Of a stretch of 64,000 nt of DNA, positions 46,501 through 56,371 are shown in pieces. Origin of the DNA: a virus. The first letter of the stretch is position 1, and each line of letters starts with the position of its first letter. Both the position numbers and the translations under genes were made by a program. The notes below the pieces were generated by a model. That model saw only the letters and a list, made by a program, of their open reading frames with translations, was not told where the DNA came from and did no database searches. The stretch is from IMG/VR virus record IMGVR_UViG_3300038620_000086, positions 1 to 64,000 of that record. The stretch is one strand, 5' to 3'.

Positions 46501-46948
46501 GGGTTAAACTCTCCTGTCTTACTGTTGCTTCACCTTTAATTTGATACTGTAATGTCACCTCAACTGTATCGGGTTGAGTGGAATAAGCGCTGACTTCTAT
46601 AATGTCTACACGTCCGTCTTTTTCCAAAGCAGAACGGATAGAGTCTTCTAAACTAGAGAGATTTGGATCTGATTGGGAAACAAAGAAAGCGCTGTTGTTT
46701 CCAAAACCTACCCCTACAGCTTTCCAGCCGCTAGGGTTTAAAACCCAACGAGCGTAGCCCCCAGTCGGTGTTAAAGCTCTACGAATTAAAGAGGTAACGA
46801 TAGAATGTGTCCCCTCTACCGTGTTTATATCCCCAGAAGGATTAATCTGAATGTCATAGTTGTTTGAGGGGTCGAGTGCTAGATCTTTTCCCGTGTCCTT
46901 GTAATCAAGTGTCGGCTCGGACTCTCGGTTAAATCGTCTTTCGATCAT
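46493..46948 (-). CDS. gp25/GpW-like baseplate (sheath initiator) protein
   Basis: GDINTVEG..SI..SLIRRALTP.G...GFG...IRSALEKDGRVDII; located just upstream of J. Confidence 0.8.
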   Translation of the reverse strand: MIERRFNRESEPTLDYKDTGKDLALDPSNNYDIQINPSGDINTVEGTHSIVTSLIRRALTPTGGYARWVLNPSGWKAVGVGFGNNSAFFVSQSDPNLSSLEDSIRSALEKDGRVDIIEVSAYSTQPDTVEVTLQYQIKGEATVRQESLTLE

Positions 46949-47559
46949 AGAAAACTAATGGTTGGCTGCTGACATCCTTCCCCACATCCTAGTATTTTTT
47001 GTGGGGAGTTAAGAGACCAATCTCTCGACTTCAGCTTAACTGGTATCATACTATCAAGGTCATAAAAGCTGACATATATAGTATATATCCCCTCCTTCCA
47101 TTCCGCAGATCCGTTATATTGGCAAATACCTCTTGAAGAGGCATCATTTCCCTGAAGGATAGGAGACTCATCCTCTTCATCTTCATCAAACGACTGATAA
47201 GTGAGAGTCCACCCTAACGAACCGGCTGGGACGTCATTAAAGAGGGCGCATTCGGCATAAAGTTCCCCTAAATTCTTAGCCGACCAAGCCGATAGAGGTC
47301 GAGGAACATTGCTATAAGGAGTGACATTCTGCCGATAAACAGACTGGAGAGTTTGGTCAACCGAACTCTTTAACCTAACAGGAACTCTTTTCCCATCGTC
47401 TAAAGCAACGCCAATCCCTTGCGGCAAAAACCTGAAGATCTGACCTTTAATGATGGTATCGTTTGTCTCAATTGTCACCAACCTACCATCCTGTTCAACT
47501 ATTTCTAACTTCTCTGGGTCTGGAGAGTAAGCATTAGGGTCGAATGCTGGTTTAAACAT
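46945..47559 (-). CDS. Hypothetical baseplate-region protein (204 aa)
   Basis: ORF overlaps both neighbours; no motif recognised. Confidence 0.55.
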   Translation of the reverse strand: MFKPAFDPNAYSPDPEKLEIVEQDGRLVTIETNDTIIKGQIFRFLPQGIGVALDDGKRVPVRLKSSVDQTLQSVYRQNVTPYSNVPRPLSAWSAKNLGELYAECALFNDVPAGSLGWTLTYQSFDEDEEDESPILQGNDASSRGICQYNGSAEWKEGIYTIYVSFYDLDSMIPVKLKSRDWSLNSPQKILGCGEGCQQPTISFL

Positions 47560-48601
47560 AGCTTTGCCTCCGTTGATAGTTCACAGAACCAGCTTTTTGG
47601 ACTGAAGGTTGCTGTAGGGTAGGATTTCCATTAGCATCTGTATAAGTAGGCTGCCCTACTTTCTTGGCAGTTGGTTTGTGCTTGTAAGTGGGTAAGTCTT
47701 GAAAAGATTCATAACTTGACGAATAGGTCTGAGGGCTACTAGGAGCACCTTGAGTTGACGTGTTGATATAGACTATAGAACCATTAACGAATGTATTACC
47801 ACTGGCTTCTGCTGTCAATGTTGCATTAGAGTAGTAGGTAGAGTCGCTCTTAGACTGAATTCCTACTTTTCCTTGTTTGGTTTGGACAAGCAGATCTCCT
47901 TTAGAACTAGCCAGGTTGAAAGACTGCTCCGTCAAAATAGAGGCAGCTCCGTATTGACCGTCTAGAGAAGTTTTGTCTGAGTGAAGTTTTTCTTTTCCCT
48001 GACCTACTTGAACTGAGAGGTAGTCTGAGTAAAGTCTTCGATTTCCGACAGCACTTCGTTGGTTGGAGGCAGAATGGACGTCCCAGTCAGTGATATAAGT
48101 ATTCTTGCGGTCTGATAGAAAGGTTAATGTTTTAGATGAATTGATCCAAAGGTGGTTGTGTAAGACATGACCAACATCGGTCATCCGGTGATAGTAAGAA
48201 CCGTAATCAATAATCTGAGAAGCCATCGACAGTCTAAGGGGCGTCTTAATTACCATCTCTTGATAGCTTTCTAGTCGGACTCGGTTTCCCCCTATCTGGT
48301 TGGTTCCAGAAACCGTATTATTGGAGTTTCCACCCGCAGGATCGTTTTCATCAAGCTTGGACTGCTGAGATAGGTGGTCACCACTAGCACTTAGGAAAGG
48401 TTTGACATAAGATTCAATCCCTTCTACAGCTTCTTTAATGTCACTATGAATCTCCTTCAGGAGTTTTGTTTCAGATCGATGGGTTGTTAGCTGCTCAGAG
48501 ATCCCTCTCTTAGCCTGAGATACGGCTACCCGAGAGGCATTGAAAGCTTTCTGCGATTTCTCTTGTAGATCATAGGCGGTAGGGCGGTTCTGAATCGACA
48601 T
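47552..48601 (-). CDS. Putative central spike beta-helix (gp5/GpV C-terminal-like) protein
   Basis: Periodic short beta strands SFNLASSKGDLLVQTKQGKVGIQSKSDSTYYSNATLTAEASGNTFVNGSIVYIN, ending in the GxxVxIN motif typical of spikes. Confidence 0.5.
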   Translation of the reverse strand: MSIQNRPTAYDLQEKSQKAFNASRVAVSQAKRGISEQLTTHRSETKLLKEIHSDIKEAVEGIESYVKPFLSASGDHLSQQSKLDENDPAGGNSNNTVSGTNQIGGNRVRLESYQEMVIKTPLRLSMASQIIDYGSYYHRMTDVGHVLHNHLWINSSKTLTFLSDRKNTYITDWDVHSASNQRSAVGNRRLYSDYLSVQVGQGKEKLHSDKTSLDGQYGAASILTEQSFNLASSKGDLLVQTKQGKVGIQSKSDSTYYSNATLTAEASGNTFVNGSIVYINTSTQGAPSSPQTYSSSYESFQDLPTYKHKPTAKKVGQPTYTDANGNPTLQQPSVQKAGSVNYQRRQSYV

Positions 48602-50039
48602 TTTGAGCCTCCATAATAGCAGAGTGGAACGATAAATCTTTTAAATCTTCAAGTGATCTAATTGGATCAGGTGTAACAACAAACGTATAACTGCTATCTA
48701 CTTCCAGCGCAACCGATAAAATCTCATTTTTATCAGTAATAGAGATAGGAATAGGATCTATCTTCCGAGATCCTTCACATAGATATCCTTCCACCGAGTC
48801 ACCAATAGATCGAAATTCAATCTTAGCCTTATCTCTTACAACACTAGGAACAGAAAGGATAACTAAAGGCTTTCCTTTTGGGGGACGAAGTGTTTTCCCA
48901 AATTTGGGAAGTTTGAGTTCTCTATCAGTTAGCCTTAACCAGCTTTCTTTATTTGGGTCTTTCCGGTAAGCTTTGTAATAAGATACAAGCCTATCAACAT
49001 ATTGACGGCTCGGATCTAACGTTAAAATGGAAGAACTGTTATAAAGGGCGTCATGAATGAATGTTAGGTAGCCATAAAGCAGCTCTACATCCTTGTCACT
49101 CAAGTTGTCTTCCCACTCAGATAACGGTTGATACTTGTTTGAAGAAGAATCAACAAAAGTGGCAAGAAGAATGTAAGCATCAACAATTAGAGCTTGAAGT
49201 ACAGTATCTATTCCAGCAGGAGGAGATAGTCTGAGAAACTTGGTTAGCTGTTTAACTATCCATTCTGCGTCCACTGATAAGAGTCCTCTACCAGCAGCAG
49301 TTTTGAAAACCGATATTAGCGGTGATCTGACCTGAATCCTAGGAATTCTCCACGCCAAGTTTGTCACTTCTCCTCGGAGAATCCCCGAACTAAGTAAGCG
49401 TTGTTTGAGGTCAAAGTTAGGGTCACCAACATCAAGGTCATACAGTGCTGCTAACTCCCCTTGTACCTTTTCGGCAATATCTAAAGAATATCCCATCCTC
49501 CTCAAAAGAGTATCATACTTCCTTTCTAATGGTGTTTTGTGTAAGTCCAGTGATCGCCAAAATGTCTCTTGTTGACGTTTTATAATTGATATGACATCAG
49601 TGTCGGAGGGGATAGGATCTCGATTCAATAGAGAAAAGGCAACAGATCCTAGAAACCCGGCGTAGTAATAGTCCCGATAATCCTTATTTTCGTGCCAGAA
49701 GGCGGAGAAGTCATGACCTTTCCAGTAGGTTAGGGCTGCTGGTGTTAGCTCTTGGGCTTTTCCCCTACGATATTGGCAGTTAACTAGCGAATGAACTACT
49801 GCTTGGTTTATTGCCAAATCACGAAGGTTAACTGCTAGCTTCTCTTTAGATTCCCAGTAGGAGTTAAAGAATGCTTCCCCTAGCTTCCTATAATGCCGTT
49901 CAGCACGTTGCAAGTTATTACTTTGCCTCTTCCAGAAACGAGTTTTCTCTTCATCCCAGCTACCTGAGGCATGAAGTTCAGGAGGGATAGGAAGATGCGC
50001 TTTGTACTCACCCTTAATCTGGTCTGGTAGTCGTTTCAT
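48570..50039 (-). CDS. Hypothetical protein (489 aa, largely helical)
   Basis: Long ORF overlapping both neighbours; no motif recognised. Confidence 0.55.
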   Translation of the reverse strand: MKRLPDQIKGEYKAHLPIPPELHASGSWDEEKTRFWKRQSNNLQRAERHYRKLGEAFFNSYWESKEKLAVNLRDLAINQAVVHSLVNCQYRRGKAQELTPAALTYWKGHDFSAFWHENKDYRDYYYAGFLGSVAFSLLNRDPIPSDTDVISIIKRQQETFWRSLDLHKTPLERKYDTLLRRMGYSLDIAEKVQGELAALYDLDVGDPNFDLKQRLLSSGILRGEVTNLAWRIPRIQVRSPLISVFKTAAGRGLLSVDAEWIVKQLTKFLRLSPPAGIDTVLQALIVDAYILLATFVDSSSNKYQPLSEWEDNLSDKDVELLYGYLTFIHDALYNSSSILTLDPSRQYVDRLVSYYKAYRKDPNKESWLRLTDRELKLPKFGKTLRPPKGKPLVILSVPSVVRDKAKIEFRSIGDSVEGYLCEGSRKIDPIPISITDKNEILSVALEVDSSYTFVVTPDPIRSLEDLKDLSFHSAIMEAQNVDSEPPYRL

Positions 50040-53000
50040 TGGCTAGTCTCCACTAAAAATGTAGTTTCACCGTAGACATATTGATATTGGAAATCAGGGG
50101 ATAGTTCAAATGTTTCATTATCTATCCGTCGGTATTGGAAAGCCCCTGAGAACTCACTGACCTCTGAGAGTGGCTTTTTATTATAGATCCAAAACAGTTG
50201 AAAGCCGCCAAAAGCTGTTTGGATTGGTTCTGGAACAGTAAACTCTAGAGTCTGTCTTGTGTCAATAGTTACAGAATAGGGAAGATAATCCGTTATCTTG
50301 AAGTTGACCGTGTGGGTACTTACCTCATTTGCCATGTTAGTTGCTTTGACCTGATAAGTTCTTTCTTCATCGCTCGGCGGGTCATCGATGTCAAACTCTA
50401 TAGTGTGTCTCCAATTACGATCTTCCCCTTCTATAGAAATAGATTCCCCAACAGGAAGTGAGCTGTCTAACTCAAGGTTACTAATAGGCTCACTAAATTT
50501 AATATTAATTGGTTGCCTAACCCCCTCTGGGTCAGACTTAAACTCATTGTTCGTGATAGCTTCTATCTCAAGCGTCTCCTGATCAACCGAAACCTCGATC
50601 AACTTTTCGCTTTGGCTATCGTTTGCAGCTCTACGTAGCTTAACAGATACATTGAAATCGCCTTTAGAGAGGTTTGAACAGTTACTCTTCGGTGATAAGT
50701 CGAAAGAAAGGTTATTGTTTCTATCGATGGTTAACCCATTGGAGGAGACTTCAATGTCTGAATAGTCTCTTGCCTGAAGCTCTAAACCAGCAGTTTGGTC
50801 ACATTTAATTGCCTCCTGGTTGTTGGGATAGGTAACATTAACAGAGGAGAATGTCGGTGTTAGGTCATTAAGCCTTAACCTGTCAATTCCGAAGTCTTCT
50901 AAAGTGAAAGTCTGTGACCGATTGGCTGAATAGAATCTAAACCTGGCTGACTTGTATGTAAGCGACTGAGTTCCCTCAGCGTTAACTCTTGAGGTAAAGA
51001 AAAAGCTCGTTCCGTTTACAGATTTCTCTTCTGCAAAGAGGGCACCGGAATCCTGAATTTCAACCGTTTGAATTGGTTCATTAGCCAGCACTCGGAAGGT
51101 GACCTCATCCCCAGTCTTTAGCTCGGTTTGCTCTCCTGGATAGGGATCTATTATCTGGAGATTCTTGACAAGTGGTTCAGCTTTTTCCTCGGTTGGCTGC
51201 TGCGGTTGACTGCTTCTCTTAGCCATCTCTTTTTGAGGAAGGTCATCGATTGAGATCATCTCTTGTAAATCATGACCTCTCGGAGAGGCAAATGTTGCCC
51301 TAGCAACAGCAGATCGCAGCCTTTCATACTCAGTTCCTAAGGCATCTATGTTGCGACCTGTATTTTGGTAGATTAACTCCGTCATAGCGTCAGTGACAGC
51401 ACCTTGTTTGAGAGATTGGTAAATTCCCCTGTTCTCTGGGTCTACCTCAGTTGCCCAATCTAACAAAGAGAAAGGATAGTCGAGAACTTCTTCAGAAGAA
51501 GGAGGAGAAGAGTTGGTACTGCTTTGGTTGAGAGGACTAGAAACCCCCTCTTCGGGAGGAGTAACTAAATCTAGCCATTCTTGAAGACCTTCGCAACAAA
51601 TTCTTGTATTTACTATCTCTGCCGGTTCAAACCCACTGATATCGGCTTTTATATTGTAAGAAACAGTCTCTACAGTTCCACTACCAACCGCAGCTAAAAA
51701 GTCCATTAGGGCAAGAATGCTATCATGGCGGATTAGATCATGTAGAGCCTGAGAGAGTTGACCAGCATAAAATATGCCGTAGCTGGCTAGTAAAGCGGCT
51801 AAATCTGAAGGAGGGAGGTCTTCTAATGCGGAGGAAGGAATGTCTACAGTAGGATAACTTGTGACTTCATAACCTGGTGGTAGATCCCTTGCAACTTGAG
51901 ATAGGTAATCTGTCTCTCCATCTGTTATGATACCTGCCTCCAATCCGACATTAGGACTCCCGTATTGTTTATACCCGTTGTTTTGGGCAAAAAGATTATC
52001 TAGAAAACTCTCCAAAAACGTATCGAACCGAAAAGCATCTCGATCGCGCCTTCCTATGTCAGGGTCAAACAAGTTCTCTAGTATTTCCTGACCATTGCAG
52101 GATTGAGAGGCGCCGCGACCTTCTCCAGACCCCGGTCGTGAGCGAGGGAACTTTGATAGCCTTGGTCGGCTAGGGAGACTAGACTTAGCAGCGTCGTTGG
52201 CTTTCTTGTTCTCTTGGGGAGATTCTGTAAGGGCAGGTTGGCTTTGAGCCTTGTCTTTTTTGCACTTTCCCTCCTGAATAAATATGGTTTCTCCTAAGAC
52301 TGAGATCGATTTATCTTCACTGTTGTAGGTCACCGGTCCCAGAGAAACAGATTCAAAGTCAGAGGATACTCTCAGATTAAGAGGTGATGGGAAAAACCGC
52401 TTGCTGTTTTGGTTGACAACGGATGCTAACTTTCCCTTGTTGAGATTAACATTGCCACTTCCTAGATCCACATTAACCGGACCAACTGACAGCTTGTTTT
52501 TCTCATTGTTAAATCCAACATGGAGCGGTTCTGGTAATCCTTGGTTAAGTTCGTCAAGTGCATTGTTGGCGAGACTGGCTACCGATCCGTTTATAGAGAC
52601 TGTTGAAGAACAAACTTCTTCGGAAGCACCAGGTCCGGCAGGACGAAGTTGGCAGTTTTTCTCCATGGAAAAGGGACCTATATCAAACTTTGGCTCACCT
52701 TCTAGAATAGAGTCAATATCAAACCGACCATAGTCTCCTACTTCCAACACGCCTGTCTTAGTCAGACATAGCTGGAGATAAGGTGGAAGGGACTGGTTTA
52801 AAAGAGATAAACCCGCATTAGCAGCAACATATCCTAGGTTATCTTCGCCAGCAACTGTTACTTTGCCAGTATTAGGGTTATACTTGAAAGGTCCAACACT
52901 AATACCGCCATTTTTCCCCGCTGATATTTGCATAAATCCGGGGAGAAACTCGTTTAAAGCTTCTAAAGCAGCTTGTTCTATTTTTTCCTGTAATTGTTCA

Positions 53001-53806
53001 AGACCTTCCTCTATTTCCTTGTTTCTTTTCTCTAGACACCGGTTCATCTCCTCTTGACGGCGGCGATCCTCTTCAGCCTCTTCTAGTTCTAGCTCTGCCT
53101 TACGCAAAGTCTGTTTTGCCGCCATCTCGTCCAGAGTATTGTGGGTGATTAGTCGAGTTCTCTTATCCAAGAACTTCCCACTTCTGGGATCAAATAAGGA
53201 GTTAGTCCTAGCAACCTGTTCCTTACTCTCTTCAACAAAAGACTCCGCTTCCTCTTTTATTGCCGTTTCTTTTTGCTTTGGAGAGTCAGATACACCGCTA
53301 TCAGAGTTGGAATTGTCAACAACCTTAGGAAGGTCGGTTAAGTCCTTATAGATCTCTTTACCCACCAAAACCAGAGCATCTTCGGCTAAATTGAGCATAT
53401 TAGCACTGGGGTTGGCTGCAAAGTCTGGATGCTGGGTAAGAGCATTCTCCCCTTCAATTGCCTCTGCAACTTCTGGTAGCCTGGCTCCAATGATCTCGTG
53501 AACCGGACCATTGATCAGCACCTGGTTTGTTGCACCAGTGTTCGGAAACTGAAGAGCAACGCGATCGCCGGGCTGGTATCGGGGGACTACCCCTGATCCC
53601 TCTACCCCCATAGATTTAGCAATTTGAAGCGTTGTAGAACCATTAATATTTACTCTTGCGATATAGGTTCTTGTTCGGTCAGAGTAGGGTCCTTCCGAAA
53701 CAATAATACCGACTGCCTGACCGTCTTTTCTAACTCGGTTTATTAATTTATTTTCTCTGCCAGGGAATCCACCCTGCCCTTTATGGATATTGAACGGATC
53801 AGCCAT
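50036..53806 (-). CDS. Baseplate protein with N-terminal gp5/GpV-like OB fold, coiled coil, internal repeats and C-terminal Ig-like modules (1256 aa)
   Basis: GSGVVPRYQPGDRVALQFPNTGATNQVLING fits the OB-fold motif P..GDxVxVxF..G....P.I.G; directly follows the hub gene. Confidence 0.6.
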   Translation of the reverse strand: MADPFNIHKGQGGFPGRENKLINRVRKDGQAVGIIVSEGPYSDRTRTYIARVNINGSTTLQIAKSMGVEGSGVVPRYQPGDRVALQFPNTGATNQVLINGPVHEIIGARLPEVAEAIEGENALTQHPDFAANPSANMLNLAEDALVLVGKEIYKDLTDLPKVVDNSNSDSGVSDSPKQKETAIKEEAESFVEESKEQVARTNSLFDPRSGKFLDKRTRLITHNTLDEMAAKQTLRKAELELEEAEEDRRRQEEMNRCLEKRNKEIEEGLEQLQEKIEQAALEALNEFLPGFMQISAGKNGGISVGPFKYNPNTGKVTVAGEDNLGYVAANAGLSLLNQSLPPYLQLCLTKTGVLEVGDYGRFDIDSILEGEPKFDIGPFSMEKNCQLRPAGPGASEEVCSSTVSINGSVASLANNALDELNQGLPEPLHVGFNNEKNKLSVGPVNVDLGSGNVNLNKGKLASVVNQNSKRFFPSPLNLRVSSDFESVSLGPVTYNSEDKSISVLGETIFIQEGKCKKDKAQSQPALTESPQENKKANDAAKSSLPSRPRLSKFPRSRPGSGEGRGASQSCNGQEILENLFDPDIGRRDRDAFRFDTFLESFLDNLFAQNNGYKQYGSPNVGLEAGIITDGETDYLSQVARDLPPGYEVTSYPTVDIPSSALEDLPPSDLAALLASYGIFYAGQLSQALHDLIRHDSILALMDFLAAVGSGTVETVSYNIKADISGFEPAEIVNTRICCEGLQEWLDLVTPPEEGVSSPLNQSSTNSSPPSSEEVLDYPFSLLDWATEVDPENRGIYQSLKQGAVTDAMTELIYQNTGRNIDALGTEYERLRSAVARATFASPRGHDLQEMISIDDLPQKEMAKRSSQPQQPTEEKAEPLVKNLQIIDPYPGEQTELKTGDEVTFRVLANEPIQTVEIQDSGALFAEEKSVNGTSFFFTSRVNAEGTQSLTYKSARFRFYSANRSQTFTLEDFGIDRLRLNDLTPTFSSVNVTYPNNQEAIKCDQTAGLELQARDYSDIEVSSNGLTIDRNNNLSFDLSPKSNCSNLSKGDFNVSVKLRRAANDSQSEKLIEVSVDQETLEIEAITNNEFKSDPEGVRQPINIKFSEPISNLELDSSLPVGESISIEGEDRNWRHTIEFDIDDPPSDEERTYQVKATNMANEVSTHTVNFKITDYLPYSVTIDTRQTLEFTVPEPIQTAFGGFQLFWIYNKKPLSEVSEFSGAFQYRRIDNETFELSPDFQYQYVYGETTFLVETSQ

Positions 53807-53809
53807 GAT

Positions 53810-55732
53810 TTAAAACGGGGAGACTAATTGAATTTCTGTATAGTAACCTTCTCTACCATCATTCAGCTTATGAACAATCGCTTCCGCGCGATAGATGCTC
53901 TCTGGATCAGCTTTGGTAAGGAAGTCAGAGTCACTATCTCCAGATCTCTCTCCTGTTATTATATCGTTGTTACTATCTGCCTCAGCCAGGTTATTTGCCT
54001 GCTGAGTTCCCTTTTCAAGAAGGTCTGGTATATCTCCGTCTCCACTCGATTGCCCTTGATTCCCCCTTGGAGTTTCCTGCTTTACTTCTTGCTGATCTGA
54101 CATTCTATTCTCTTCGCGCTGGTCATAAAGCTCATTTTGCAGCTTTTTAATGTTTTTGTTGAGGATCTTTTGAGTTTCTAGAAAGCCCTTAATATCGTCC
54201 TCATAGTCTTTCCCACTTTTATCTTGGGTAATGGGAGATCCTCTAATCTGAAGGCATTCTCCTGGACTCCAAGTTGGATCCCCTTGTACAACCATCATAC
54301 CGGAACGGGTGTCCCTAGAGAAGATCTGGGCAAAAGATGCTGCGATCGCAGCAGCCTCCTCTGGCGTGTCGATTAACTCGTCGTCTATTTGCTTATAGTA
54401 TCGAGGGAGATGTCTGCCCTCGTAATAGCTAGGCAAAGCCTCAAAGTTAATTACGACAGAGTTCTTCGGATCCCCTGCTGAAGCGTTAGAAACAATATAG
54501 TTAGTCCGCACTGATAGGGAACTTCGCTCTTCTTTTAAGGTGATAATCTCCTGGCGAAGATCCATCTTTTCATCGCCCTTATCTGTGGCAATGCAATATT
54601 CTGGTCGGTAAAAATAGGTTCGATATAACCGTTCTTTGGCTTCCTCAGCATTTCCATTTACTAAGCCTTCTATTCCTGTTGTATCATTAAGCCGTGGCGT
54701 ATAGTAAAAGCATCCGTTGAAGTGATCCTGAAATAGCTCAGTTGGGTAAACTTCATGCTGAGCCATGTATTTGATGTAGTCGATAGGTGTCTGGTTGGCT
54801 ACGTTGATCCCCACTCCACCAATTGATTCATTAGCCATACTAAATCCAGGACGGGTGACATATATGTGAAACTCTGGGTCTAAGGACGTATTTTTTTGGT
54901 TAGATGAAGATTCACTTTTGAGAAGGGGAGGTTGGTTCGCCTTAGAATTAGATCCTCCGTAGAAAAAGCGAGATATATTGGAAAGGTTGACATTATTTGG
55001 AACGCTAGTGGAGTAGTGATAGTTTGGATCCTCCAGCTTTCTGTCTTCACCTTTTGAAATATCGCTTATCACACCCCTGTATATACCACGGTCAACGTTA
55101 TTTTGATCAGGTATATGACCAATGCCCCTTTGAGCGATCTCTAGAATCACTTCTGAACGAGGGATAATATCCTTTTCCTCCCCGGACATCAGTTCACTTA
55201 CCATTAATCTACCAGGGCTAGCATCCTGAATGGCATTATAACTAACCGTCGTATCCATAAGCCATTTCATGCGATCTCTTCCCTGAAGCGTTAAAGTATG
55301 ACCACCTTGAGGCGAACCGACCCACTCTATAACATCTATAGATCCATAAAAGATCGTATTAGCTCCCTTATCTTCAGGATGATAATTAAATTCGTCAGAA
55401 TACCCAGCTTGTATGAGTATGTCTTGATCTTGCTTTATGGGAGTTCCATCGTCAAGTAAGGGCTTTTCTGGAATGGGGCTCGTGATGTCTGGCTGGTGGC
55501 AAGAAAGGACAATATAAAAGGTGCTAGCATCCCAGAATCGGGTTATCATAATCCTGGCTTTTTGTATCTGCCAAGAAAGGTCTTTCCTATTAGAATTAGA
55601 TGCTAATACAGCAAACTCGCCATTAACACTATCTATTCCATAGAGTATAAAGACAGGAGTATCCCCCTGCCTTTGCTTCATGCTACTATGACCTAAGTCT
55701 TCTGAATAAATATCATACTTACCTTGTAACAT
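53810..55732 (-). CDS. Baseplate hub (gp27 / Mu gp44-like)
   Basis: IFYGSIDVIE...LTLQGRDRMKWLMD, MVVQGDPTWSPGECLQI and YRAEAIVHKL...GYYTEIQL; follows the tail tube gene. Confidence 0.7.
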   Translation of the reverse strand: MLQGKYDIYSEDLGHSSMKQRQGDTPVFILYGIDSVNGEFAVLASNSNRKDLSWQIQKARIMITRFWDASTFYIVLSCHQPDITSPIPEKPLLDDGTPIKQDQDILIQAGYSDEFNYHPEDKGANTIFYGSIDVIEWVGSPQGGHTLTLQGRDRMKWLMDTTVSYNAIQDASPGRLMVSELMSGEEKDIIPRSEVILEIAQRGIGHIPDQNNVDRGIYRGVISDISKGEDRKLEDPNYHYSTSVPNNVNLSNISRFFYGGSNSKANQPPLLKSESSSNQKNTSLDPEFHIYVTRPGFSMANESIGGVGINVANQTPIDYIKYMAQHEVYPTELFQDHFNGCFYYTPRLNDTTGIEGLVNGNAEEAKERLYRTYFYRPEYCIATDKGDEKMDLRQEIITLKEERSSLSVRTNYIVSNASAGDPKNSVVINFEALPSYYEGRHLPRYYKQIDDELIDTPEEAAAIAASFAQIFSRDTRSGMMVVQGDPTWSPGECLQIRGSPITQDKSGKDYEDDIKGFLETQKILNKNIKKLQNELYDQREENRMSDQQEVKQETPRGNQGQSSGDGDIPDLLEKGTQQANNLAEADSNNDIITGERSGDSDSDFLTKADPESIYRAEAIVHKLNDGREGYYTEIQLVSPF

Positions 55733-55738
55733 ACCCGA

Positions 55739-56359
55739 TTAACCTAACTCGTCTGGGATCTGTGCCGAACCTTCTTCGCCGACGACTGCGTTTTCTTGAA
55801 CAGCTTCTCCTCCAGAAGTAGAAGAGCTAAATTCGGAGGTTTTATCTTCAAAGTAGATTCCTTCAGCCATGCCTTCCCATTGCACTGGTACTATTCCGTT
55901 GTTACTGCCATCGGCTCCAAAACTTAGTACCTCAGTCTTGCAATAGGTAAGCATATAACGTCCTTTGGCTAGCCTGCCCTCTAAATCTCCTTCAAGCTCT
56001 TCTGGATTCATTTCGATGACAAGGGAGAAGCGAGGGTGACGAGAAATCCGATCAGATCTTGTCATTCTTGCTCGGCTGCCATCCTCATTGAGTGAGTAGC
56101 CAAATGTTCGCTCGACTACCCTGGTATCAACCATTCCCCTTTGAAGTGTCCACTCAAAGGTAAGGGTTCCATCGAGCAAGCGAGGGATTCGAGAGTTAAG
56201 CGGGTTATAAGGTCTAGTTGCGTTCCTAACCGATGCCATAAAGGAGACAAAGCGACCAATTAAAGCTAACTCGCCAGTTCCTTGGTCAAGGAGGAACGCA
56301 TCAACATCTTGCGACTGTAAAGGGTCGGCAAGAGCGTTGTTAATTGGAACAAAAGCCAT
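55739..56359 (-). CDS. Tail tube protein
   Basis: Immediately after the sheath gene; strong SD (AAGGAGG); beta-rich with FEWTLQRGMVD and WEGMAEG. Confidence 0.7.
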   Translation of the reverse strand: MAFVPINNALADPLQSQDVDAFLLDQGTGELALIGRFVSFMASVRNATRPYNPLNSRIPRLLDGTLTFEWTLQRGMVDTRVVERTFGYSLNEDGSRARMTRSDRISRHPRFSLVIEMNPEELEGDLEGRLAKGRYMLTYCKTEVLSFGADGSNNGIVPVQWEGMAEGIYFEDKTSEFSSSTSGGEAVQENAVVGEEGSAQIPDELG

Positions 56360-56371
56360 ATTGTCCTCCTT

